Both the position numbers and the translations under genes were made by a program. Positions 46,874 to 55,367 of a stretch of DNA of 64,000 nucleotides are shown piece by piece. Position 1 is the stretch's first letter, and each line of letters starts with the position of its first letter. This stretch comes from an uncultured Candidatus Saccharibacteria bacterium (lineage in GTDB: Bacteria > Patescibacteriota > Saccharimonadia > Saccharimonadales > Saccharimonadaceae), in assembly GCA_964508115.1 (NCBI GenBank), contig CAZDQY010000001.1, positions 59,015-123,014 of the forward strand, in the 5' to 3' direction. Under the pieces are notes generated by a model. The model did not search any database. It was not told where the DNA came from and was given only the letters and a program-made list of their open reading frames with translations.

Positions 46874-48118
46874 ATGTTAGATATCAATTATATCCGGAAA
46901 AATCAAGAATTAGTCACCAAGTCAGCTCAAGAAAAAGGGTATCATGTTGATATCTCACATCTCCTTGAGCTTGATGATAAACGTCGCGAACTTTTGCAAA
47001 AAGTCGACGAATTGCGTCGTCAGCGCAACGAAATCTCCAGCAAAATGGGCAAAGGTAAGCCCGATCCTGATACACTCGCTGAGGCGAAACGTGTCAAGTC
47101 CGAGCTCGCTGCCGAAGAGCCGGAGCTTACTGCTATCGAGACCGAGCTCCGAGATCTCCTCAAACAAGTCCCGAATGTCATCTTCGACGACGTACCGCTG
47201 GGCGGAGAAGAATGTAGCGTCGAAGTTACCTCTTGGGGCGGCCAGAAGTCCGATGGTGTCGACCACCTTGACTATGCCCTCAGCCGCGACTGGGTCGACT
47301 TCGAGCGCGGAGCCAAAGTCGCCGGGGCGAAGTTTTATTATCTGAAAAACGGCCTCGCGCTACTTGAGAACGCCCTCCTCCAGTATGGCCTTAAGAAAGT
47401 CCTTGAGCATGGCTTTAGCTTCATGACTGTCCCTGATATGGTCTCAAGCAAGGTTCTCGAAGGCTGCGGCTTCAATCCTCGTAGCAGCGAGCAGAGCGAT
47501 GAATACTACATCGAAGGCGAAGACCTCGCTATGATTGCCACCGCCGAAATGCCTCTTACCGGCTATTACATGGACGAAGTTCTTGAAGAGAAAGATTTGC
47601 CAATTTGTGTCGCAGGCTACAGCGCTTGCTTCCGTAAAGAAGCTGGTGCCTACGGCAAACATACACGAGGACTCTTCCGTGTTCATCAGTTCAATAAGCT
47701 TGAAATGTACGTCTTCTGCCTTCCGGAGCAGTCGAAAGAGATGCACGAGAAGATTCGTGCCGTCGAGGAAGATATTTGGCAAGAGCTCGGCATTCCGTAT
47801 CGCGTGATTAATATCGCCGCTGGCGACCTCGGCGCTCCCGCTGCGAAAAAATACGACATCGAATACTGGTCTCCCGTTGATCAAAAATACCGCGAGCTCA
47901 CCAGCTGTTCCAACTGTACCGATTTCCAAGCGCGTAGTCTCAATATCCGGGTCAAACGCGCTGACGGCAGTCTCGAAGTCGTGCATACACTTAATGGTAC
48001 CGCCGTCTCACTTGCTCGCACCATGGTTGCCGTGATCGAGAATTATGCCCAGAAAGACGGTAAACTCAAAGTTCCAGAGGTCTTGAAACCTTATCTAAAT
48101 GGAGCTGATGAGATTTAA
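46874..48118 (+). CDS. serS: Seryl-tRNA synthetase
   Basis: MLDINYIR, coiled-coil arm, ATAEMPL, CFRKEAG, GLFRVHQFNKLE, ELTSCSNCTDFQAR, HTLNGT. Confidence 0.98.
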   Translation: MLDINYIRKNQELVTKSAQEKGYHVDISHLLELDDKRRELLQKVDELRRQRNEISSKMGKGKPDPDTLAEAKRVKSELAAEEPELTAIETELRDLLKQVPNVIFDDVPLGGEECSVEVTSWGGQKSDGVDHLDYALSRDWVDFERGAKVAGAKFYYLKNGLALLENALLQYGLKKVLEHGFSFMTVPDMVSSKVLEGCGFNPRSSEQSDEYYIEGEDLAMIATAEMPLTGYYMDEVLEEKDLPICVAGYSACFRKEAGAYGKHTRGLFRVHQFNKLEMYVFCLPEQSKEMHEKIRAVEEDIWQELGIPYRVINIAAGDLGAPAAKKYDIEYWSPVDQKYRELTSCSNCTDFQARSLNIRVKRADGSLEVVHTLNGTAVSLARTMVAVIENYAQKDGKLKVPEVLKPYLNGADEI

Positions 48119-49785
48119 TGCCCGCTGACATCGAGATTCCCACTCCCGAGAAACCACGCCGCCGCTTTCGTTTCAAGTCGGTCGTGGCTTTGGCGAACCG
48201 TAAATTATCCGTCCAGTTCGCCGCCATCGTTCTCGCGAGTTCCACTCTCGTCTCAGCTCTGCTCGGTATCTTCCGCGATCGCCTACTCAACTCTTACTAT
48301 CTCGACACCTATCCCACCGGGATCGACGCCTATACTGCTGCTTTTACCATTCCGGATTTTCTTTTCTTCATTCTTACTTCTGGCGCACTCGCTGTATCTT
48401 TCATCCCAGTGTTTAATCAGCGCCTCATCAATGGCAATAAAAAATCCGCCTGGGAGCTAAGCTCTAGCTTACTCAATCTCATGGCACTCCTCACTCTAGC
48501 TGCATCGGTTCTCATTATGATTTTCGCCGACCCACTCGTCCGCTACATTGTCGGGCCAGGTCTCGACGAATCTGGTACCATCCTCGCGATCAATATGATG
48601 CGCGTCATCGCCATCAATCCATTCCTCTTCAGTATCTCCACTATCCTCTCCAGTATCCAGCAAGCCCTCGGCCGCTTTGTCTTCTACGCACTCGCTCCTG
48701 CACTCTATAATGTCGGTATTCTCATCGGCATCGTCTGGTTCACTGGCGGCATCAATATCTTTGGCTTCCAGCTCTTCGAGGGCGGTATCATGGGGGTTGC
48801 GCTCGGCGTGGTGCTCGGCGCTGTGCTTCAGCTGCTCGTAAGCTTGATCGGGCTTTTCGGGCTCGGCTTCGACTACGAGTTCAAGATTCGCTGGCGCAAC
48901 CAAGGTTTTCGCTCTGTGCTCAAGCTCTTACCTGCCCGTTCGCTCGATCAAGGTATCGACTATCTAAATACCATTGTCACCACAAACCTCTCCTCACGCA
49001 TGGGCGCCGGTGCATTGCGTAGCTATAATCAAGCTTCCAGCCTCGCCCAGATGCCAGTCAGTCTCATCGGTGTCGCCATTTCTACCGCCTTCTTCCCGAA
49101 GCTCACCGAAGAGCTCGGTGAAGGCAAGGACGCCGAGTATCGCAAGACTTTTCGTACCGCCCTCAGCACAATCATCTGGATTGCTATGCCGATCGCCGCC
49201 ATTGCCTTCTTCGCCCGCGGCTACGTCGTCAGCTTTATTAAGAACGGCGGTGATTCGCTCATTGCCTCCATTCTCGCCACTCTGATCATCTCGATCTTCG
49301 CGCATTCAGTCTTTCATATTGCCACGCGCGGTTTCTACGCCGAGCAGGACACAAAAACACCTTTCGTAGTCTCGATCGTCGCCGTCGGGCTTACCATTCT
49401 GCTCTCCATCGGTTTCAGTATGCTAGGCATGGGCCCCGAAGGACTCGGCTGGGCACAGTCTATCGGGGCGCTCGTCGAAGTTGTCATCCTCGTCAGCCTC
49501 CTCCAGCAACGCAGTAATAACAAGCTCCTCGACAAGAGCTTCTGGCGTAATGTCGGCAAGATCACTTTCGCTACCGCCGTCACTGGCGCCATTGCCTATT
49601 CCATGACGAAGTTTTTCCCGCTCATGGCCACCGACGATTCCTTCTTCAGTACCTTCCCGAAATTCTGCCTCATCACCCTCGTCTCACTCATCGTTTATAT
49701 TATCGCTGGCTGGTTCCTCGGGCTCGAGCAAGTCCGCCCCGTCCTCGAAAAAATCCGCAAAGTCCTCTCCAAGAATAATGGATAA
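48118..49785 (+). CDS. murJ: Lipid II flippase MurJ (MviN)
   Basis: LGIFRD, AFTIPD, GALAVSFIPVF, QMPVSLIGVAISTAFFP, FYAEQDTKTP. About 14 TMs. Confidence 0.94.
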   Translation: MPADIEIPTPEKPRRRFRFKSVVALANRKLSVQFAAIVLASSTLVSALLGIFRDRLLNSYYLDTYPTGIDAYTAAFTIPDFLFFILTSGALAVSFIPVFNQRLINGNKKSAWELSSSLLNLMALLTLAASVLIMIFADPLVRYIVGPGLDESGTILAINMMRVIAINPFLFSISTILSSIQQALGRFVFYALAPALYNVGILIGIVWFTGGINIFGFQLFEGGIMGVALGVVLGAVLQLLVSLIGLFGLGFDYEFKIRWRNQGFRSVLKLLPARSLDQGIDYLNTIVTTNLSSRMGAGALRSYNQASSLAQMPVSLIGVAISTAFFPKLTEELGEGKDAEYRKTFRTALSTIIWIAMPIAAIAFFARGYVVSFIKNGGDSLIASILATLIISIFAHSVFHIATRGFYAEQDTKTPFVVSIVAVGLTILLSIGFSMLGMGPEGLGWAQSIGALVEVVILVSLLQQRSNNKLLDKSFWRNVGKITFATAVTGAIAYSMTKFFPLMATDDSFFSTFPKFCLITLVSLIVYIIAGWFLGLEQVRPVLEKIRKVLSKNNG

Positions 49786-49802
49786 AGTGTTATAATAAGT
49801 TT

Positions 49803-50609
49803 ATGGATATTTTCGAAGCAATTTTACTCGGATTTATACAAGGGATTACCGAATTCCTCCCCATTTCATCTTCTGGCCATCTCGAGATCGCCCGTCAGAT
49901 CTTCCAATTTCCCGCCGACAATTTTCATCTTATTCTCGAGTTCATCAACCTCGGCACGCTCGTCGCTTTGATTATCTACTTCCGCAAGCGTATCTGGAAG
50001 ATTATGCACGACGTTTTCAAAGAGCATAGGTACAAAACCGCACTTAATATCGTCCTCACCTGTATTCCCGCTGGCCTCGCTGGCCTGCTGCTCGGCGACT
50101 TTATCGAGAATAACGATTTCTTTGGCAATATCTTTACCGTGGCCGCCGCCATGGGCATCGTCGGTATCATCATGCTATTCATTGACAAGATCCCGCACAT
50201 GTCGTCGCTTGAGAACGAAGATCGCCTTACGCCAGTCCGCGCCTTGATCATTGGCGCTTTACAGACCTTTGCGCTCATCCCCGGCACTTCTCGCTCTGGC
50301 ACGACTATTATTGCTGGACGCATCGTCGGGCTGAACTCCGAGTCTGCTGCCGAATATTCTTTTCTCGCCAGCATCCCGCTCATGATCGCTGTTTGTTTCA
50401 AAATGTTCATGTCCGACACCGGGCGCATTTTCTTCGCCGCCAACGCTTGGTCGCTCCTCCTAGCCAATCTCATCGCATTCGTGGTCGGCTTCCTTGCGCT
50501 TACCTTCGTCCTCGATTACCTCAAGAAGCCGAAATCCCTCCAAAGCTTCGGTCGCTATCGCATCGTCGTCGCTTGTCTCGTCATCGGCATCATGCTGACC
50601 TTAGTATAA
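49803..50609 (+). CDS. uppP: Undecaprenyl-diphosphate phosphatase
   Basis: QGITEFLPISSSGHL, ALIPGTSRSG, AAEYSFLA. Confidence 0.95.
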   Translation: MDIFEAILLGFIQGITEFLPISSSGHLEIARQIFQFPADNFHLILEFINLGTLVALIIYFRKRIWKIMHDVFKEHRYKTALNIVLTCIPAGLAGLLLGDFIENNDFFGNIFTVAAAMGIVGIIMLFIDKIPHMSSLENEDRLTPVRALIIGALQTFALIPGTSRSGTTIIAGRIVGLNSESAAEYSFLASIPLMIAVCFKMFMSDTGRIFFAANAWSLLLANLIAFVVGFLALTFVLDYLKKPKSLQSFGRYRIVVACLVIGIMLTLV

Positions 50610-50950
50610 AGCTTACTATTGAGAATCGTAATTTTGTTGATAAAAGTATAGAATATGCTCTCAAGCTCGCATAACTTGCTCCAGAAGAGATTACTAGATT
50701 TACCCCTGTTAAAGCAGGGGATATTTGCTATAAAATATAACGTACTATCAGCCATGAATAACATGCTCTTGACTGGCAAGAACTTACTCCAAATTCGCAA
50801 GATCTTGTTCTAGATTTATAGGGTTATGTTCCAATTTTCTGAAAAATCTAGTACAATTTTTACCACAAACGCAAAAACTATGGTACAATAGGAATGTTCA
50901 GAGCATATAAACGACATAAAGTTTTTAAACTCAGTGTAAACGTCCATGGT

Positions 50951-51039
50951 AATGGCGCCATGAGGGGAGCCATTGTGGATGATTACACTTAAGTGCCGTT
51001 TGAAACATATGCTCTGAACACCCTCGTGGTGCCATTTTT
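50951..51039 (+). ncRNA. Candidate structured cis-regulatory RNA in the leader of the FISUMP gene
   Basis: 16-bp stem AATGGCGCCATGAGGG/CCCTCGTGGTGCCATT with two G-U pairs, an inner GAGC/GCTC helix and a 3' T run. I recognise no known family. Confidence 0.45.
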
Positions 51040-51119
51040 GTATGTATGGTTAGTGGCCTTTCCATAGGTATGAATTGACACTCCGATTGCTTTAAACCAA
51101 ACCCAAAAGGAGGGCCAAA

Positions 51120-52826
51120 ATGCGTCACAAATTATTGGCCGGAATAATACCTTTTTGTTCCGGTAAAAGAAAACCATCAACTTTTACATCTAGTAGTCTT
51201 ACGGATTGCAACCATATTACTACTAATAACAATATGCTTCATAGTAAAAGTACTTATTTCTACCGATGGTCTTCTCGATACATCTCTATCGCCCCAATAG
51301 CCTGTGCGCTAACCCTCCTGGTGGGAGTAGGCTTTCTCCTAAACCCTACCACTAAGGCACAGGAAGTGTATGCTGCAGAGGACGAAGAAAAATGTAAGAC
51401 CACTGCCGATGAGTATGGTGTTTGCGCCATGGAACTAGGCATCTTCATGAACAGTACAGATAGTGCCTTTAATGAACTACCAGCTACAGAACTGAGTACT
51501 GATAGTGTAGTACATAGAGACTATAGTTTCTCCATTAGAGCAGTAGATACTAAAGATGGGTATGATCTCTATGCTGGAGTAGTGAACACAGGATCCTTTG
51601 GTAATAGTCTAGTTAATGCTGATTATCCTACAGAAGAACATATGATTAAAGCTCTAAGTGGAGAGAATATAGCATATAGTAGTATAGGTAATAATGAATG
51701 GGGCTATGCTCTCACTTCTACTAACCAGAATGCAGAAGAGCTTAGCTACAATGCTCTGCCAGTAGCCACTATCACTACTGAGGGAGACAATACTACTCTT
51801 ACTAATGGTAAACTTCTGGTGCATGGTGAGGATACGGGTTATGATCCTAGTCAACCTGTAGGAGAAGATAAACATACTGACCAAGACTACAAGCTCTACT
51901 TTGCCGCTAAAGCTAGTCCTGAATCTCCTTCTGGGCATTACAGAACACAGGTGATGTTGAGTCTTATTGCGAATCCAAAGAATATCACTTCAAGCATGCA
52001 GGATTTTGCGAAAAGAGGCCTATGTGAAAGTCTTGAAGGACCAAAACGTCTTAAAGATAGTCGCGACGATAAACTATATTGGGTCTCTAAAGTAACCGAT
52101 AATGGGGTTAGCCAATGTATCATGACTCAAAACCTCGACCTTGATATTCCAGCCGACGGGCTTAAAGCTATAGACACCGATATCGAGAGAGACTGGGGGA
52201 GTAGCCTGTCCGTAGAGGATCAAACCTACTTTGGCCGCCCAGCTGTAGCGACTGTCAATGGCACAGACTGGTCTTTCACTAGCTCCGACGTCGACGTCGT
52301 TCAGTCTTATGACCCAGGAGAGTATATTATTAATCAAGCCACTACTTCATGGAGCGGAAAATGTAGCAGCTCTAAGGACCCTAAAACATGTGAGCGCTAT
52401 ACAGCTATTACTGCTGATACTAGCAAAGAAGACCTTCATTATGCCGTAGGCAATTACTATTCGTATGATGCTGCCACGGCTGGCACGGGAGGCAAAACCG
52501 ACCCTGACAAGCAGGCACCAGGAAGTATATGCCCGAAGGGGTGGAAGCTTTTTGATAATGACGATACGAAATCTTTTAAAACTGTCCTTATCAACCAAAC
52601 CCAAATTACAATACGTGAGGCACCATTTTATTTTCCAGCTGCAGGATACGTCCTTTTTGGATTAACCAATATAGGCACCGAAGGTAATTATCGTTCTTCC
52701 AGACGAGTTCGTGCTGAATTTATTAATCGTGCATACATTTTAAATTTTGGTTCTAATAGTATACGCCCTCAGGATGGCAATAGCAGCATAGAATGTGGTA
52801 TGTCGGTTCGATGTATTATTAAATAG
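51120..52826 (+). CDS. Surface or secreted protein with a C-terminal FISUMP (Fib_succ_major, CLec-fold-like) domain
   Basis: TM/signal segment (IACALTLLVGVGFLL) and motifs DSRDDKLY, MTQNL, GNYYSY.AA, ICPKGWKL, G.Y.SS...SVRC. Start is 51120 (AAGGAGG SD) or 51234. Codons are A/T-ending, unlike the core genes. Confidence 0.8.
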   Translation: MRHKLLAGIIPFCSGKRKPSTFTSSSLTDCNHITTNNNMLHSKSTYFYRWSSRYISIAPIACALTLLVGVGFLLNPTTKAQEVYAAEDEEKCKTTADEYGVCAMELGIFMNSTDSAFNELPATELSTDSVVHRDYSFSIRAVDTKDGYDLYAGVVNTGSFGNSLVNADYPTEEHMIKALSGENIAYSSIGNNEWGYALTSTNQNAEELSYNALPVATITTEGDNTTLTNGKLLVHGEDTGYDPSQPVGEDKHTDQDYKLYFAAKASPESPSGHYRTQVMLSLIANPKNITSSMQDFAKRGLCESLEGPKRLKDSRDDKLYWVSKVTDNGVSQCIMTQNLDLDIPADGLKAIDTDIERDWGSSLSVEDQTYFGRPAVATVNGTDWSFTSSDVDVVQSYDPGEYIINQATTSWSGKCSSSKDPKTCERYTAITADTSKEDLHYAVGNYYSYDAATAGTGGKTDPDKQAPGSICPKGWKLFDNDDTKSFKTVLINQTQITIREAPFYFPAAGYVLFGLTNIGTEGNYRSSRRVRAEFINRAYILNFGSNSIRPQDGNSSIECGMSVRCIIK

Positions 52827-53190
52827 TCGCCTATTAGACAAGCTTGTCTTTTACTGGGCTTGGGGTCATGAACATTAATTAGGCTGGACGATAGTCGATT
52901 TTCGTTGAGCTGCGTCTAAAGAAACAAGCAACTTATGAAATGAGATCTCGCCCACCTCGACACCGAGACTAACAAAAGCAAGCTTTATATCTCAGATGTG
53001 CCAAGAGAAACGCAAGATGTATACCTTAGAGAGCTCCTAGCCTTGTATGAGAGAATAAAAGCCGAACCAAGCTGGCGAGGCAGAGCGACAGCCCCGTAAA
53101 GACGGGCGCTGGAACGGTTCTCTCAAACAAGGCAAAAGCTCTCTTTTATAGAGACATCAAACTGTCGACAACCCTACTGACAAATAATGC

Positions 53191-53221
53191 AATGGCTCCC
53201 AGCTCCCCGAGAGCCATTTTT
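53191..53221 (+). terminator. Terminator closing the AT-rich island and the convergent CBS gene
   Basis: AATGGCTC...GAGCCATT followed by TTT. Confidence 0.65.
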
Positions 53222-53226
53222 GTACC

Positions 53227-54060
53227 TTACTTCCTCTTCGCTACTGCCGCTCGATCGTTGTCCCGCGCGAAATCATCCTGATATTTCTCGTTAAAAAGGA
53301 AACTCATGATCTGCTCGAAAGTCAGCATTCCGAGCAGCTTTTCGTAATGATCCACTACCAGCATCAGCTGGCTACCTGTCCTTAGGAACGCTTTCAGCGC
53401 CTGCTCTAGCGTATAATCTCCCCGGATGTAATACACACGCGACTCCATCACTTCGTGCGCCGGCTTCGTATCCTTAATGTCCAGACTATTCAGCAAGGCC
53501 GTGTGTAGCGTACCGATGATATGCTGCCGCCCGTCCACGACGGGGAAATAAGTAAAACCAGATTTGTATAGCTTATCAAGTACCAGCGGTCCCATTTCTT
53601 CGTCTTTATCTACGAACACCATCTTCACTGCCGGCGTCATCAGCTCCGACACGCGCACATTCGGTAGTTCTAGTATTGCCGCCATCGCCTTACGTTCGCC
53701 ACTAGTCAGCACCGTCATCGGTGCCTCACGCAGCAGTGCGAAAAGATCCTCGCGCGTCTCTGGTGCGCTCTGCGCTACGGGGCAGGTCACCTCCTCGACC
53801 ACCACTTCATGCTTGTAGCTCGGCTCGTCATTCACGGGATGCTTCTTATTCGCCGGCTCGCGATAAGCCTCTAGCTTCGGATCCACCCAGCGGGCAAAAG
53901 ATTTCAAGAAATTATGCCACAGTCGCTGCAATCCCGTGCCGATTCGCTTCAGCCCTTTCTGTAAAGCCTGGCCGACTTTGCCTAAGATACCCCGCACTTT
54001 CCTCCAAACGCTATCCGCATTTTTCGACCGACCCCCTCTTGCACTAACCTGCTTATCCAT
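53227..54060 (-). CDS. Tandem CBS-domain protein (CorC/CNNM cytoplasmic-domain-like)
   Basis: VRVSELMTP, SGFTYFPVV, IIGTL, LVVDHYEKLLGMLTFE CBS pair. No multi-TM region. TATAAT lies 6 nt before the ATG. Confidence 0.8.
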   Translation of the reverse strand: MDKQVSARGGRSKNADSVWRKVRGILGKVGQALQKGLKRIGTGLQRLWHNFLKSFARWVDPKLEAYREPANKKHPVNDEPSYKHEVVVEEVTCPVAQSAPETREDLFALLREAPMTVLTSGERKAMAAILELPNVRVSELMTPAVKMVFVDKDEEMGPLVLDKLYKSGFTYFPVVDGRQHIIGTLHTALLNSLDIKDTKPAHEVMESRVYYIRGDYTLEQALKAFLRTGSQLMLVVDHYEKLLGMLTFEQIMSFLFNEKYQDDFARDNDRAAVAKRK

Positions 54061-54169
54061 AATACTATTATACTATAGATTCTCCTTCTGTACCACACCT
54101 GCCTCCCCCACTTTCTGCAAAACATGCTATAATAAATACAAATTAGTTAATCAGAAGAGTGGAGAAAAT

Positions 54170-54925
54170 ATGGACAAGAAAACCTGGATTGTAATCGGCG
54201 TATTGGTGGCGGGTTTCGCCAGCCTGATTGGCATTAGCATTTGGCAAGGTAAAGCCTCGCATGTTGACTATAGCAAGTACGAACCCTATTCTATCATCGC
54301 TGCCGACGAGAACACCGGCAATCTGGCCGAGAATATCGATGGCAATCCTGACGCGCCAGTTCTCATCTACGAATATGGCGACTATCAGTGCACGGCTTGC
54401 GCCCCGACTAACCCTTACATTAATGACTTGATCGAAGAATATGATGGCAAAGTCGCCGTGGTCTATCGCACCACCATCATGAGCTATCATCAGAACGGCA
54501 AGGCCGCTGCTGCCGCCGCCAACGCCGCCGCCATGCAGGGCTATTGGAAAGAGTACAAGGATCTCCTCTTCACGAATCAAAACGATTGGTTCTATTCTGA
54601 CGCCAGCCAACGCCAAACTCAGTTCGAGGAATACTTCATGCAGGTGAGCAAGAATCAAGGCAACCTTAGCAAGTTCCGCGAAGATATGGCCGGCCAAGAA
54701 GTACTCAAGAAAATCGATTTCGATGAAGCAATGGCCGAGAAGGTTGGTATCGAGTTCACCCCGACTTTCTACGTCGAAGATGAGTTCGTTGGTCAACGCA
54801 AAGAAGATAATAACGGCGAAGCTATCACTACCGACCAGTTTATCGACAAGCTCCGCGCTGCCATCGACAAACGCCTCGAAGCCAAAGATATCAAAGTCGA
54901 TAAAAAGACCAATACCAAGAAATAA
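54170..54925 (+). CDS. Membrane-anchored DsbA/thioredoxin-fold oxidoreductase
   Basis: N-terminal TM, EYGDYQCTAC (CxxC), cis-Pro loop EFTPTF. ATG at 54170 follows a GGAG SD, so the ORF-track start at 53936 is too far upstream. Confidence 0.9.
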   Translation: MDKKTWIVIGVLVAGFASLIGISIWQGKASHVDYSKYEPYSIIAADENTGNLAENIDGNPDAPVLIYEYGDYQCTACAPTNPYINDLIEEYDGKVAVVYRTTIMSYHQNGKAAAAAANAAAMQGYWKEYKDLLFTNQNDWFYSDASQRQTQFEEYFMQVSKNQGNLSKFREDMAGQEVLKKIDFDEAMAEKVGIEFTPTFYVEDEFVGQRKEDNNGEAITTDQFIDKLRAAIDKRLEAKDIKVDKKTNTKK

Positions 54926-54934
54926 CCGCCCATT

Positions 54935-54961
54935 AAGCCCCTCTTCGCCCGAGGGGCTTTT
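54935..54961 (+). terminator. Intrinsic terminator after the DsbA-like gene
   Basis: AAGCCCCTC-TTCGCCC-GAGGGGCTT followed by TT. Confidence 0.85.
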
Positions 54962-55367
54962 CTAGATCCAGCAGAGCCTAGGCTCGACGAGGACATAGCT
55001 CGAGCCCCAGCCTTAAGGGCTTCAGAACCTACCAAAAAGCCTCATCTACAGCCACGTCAGTGGCAATAAATGAGGCCTTATCGCGTATGAACACTAGAAT
55101 TTCGGGTCAAGCTCGATAAATTCTTGCCATGGCGCTGGCGGGAAGTTTTTCTCGCGCCGAGCTACCACTGGGCGTTTTGGTTTACTACGCATTCATTCTC
55201 CTGTTTAAGTACTGTCAGTTCGAGGCTAGCAGTAAACAGCTAATCGACCTAACCTTCACACCGACCTATCTATCATATCAAACCACGCCGGAATTGGCAA
55301 GCATAATTATTTCGCATTCTATCCCTATAAATCGCCCAGAAGCTCTAAAATATGCTAAAATTAATCT

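Noticed and set aside
52935-52943. Genome-wide UGA recoding (genetic code 25 or 4)
   Set aside because: TGA clearly ends well-defined genes (response regulator 15962, 22833, ruvC 57356, 62780), and conserved proteins are full length under code 11.
50610-53226. Mobile element or prophage at the AT-rich island
   Set aside because: No transposase, integrase, terminal inverted repeats or target-site duplication found. Only composition suggests foreign or fast-evolving DNA.
53936-54169. 78-aa N-terminal extension of the DsbA-like ORF
   Set aside because: It overlaps the divergent CBS gene and both promoters. ATG 54170 has an SD and starts a normal membrane anchor.
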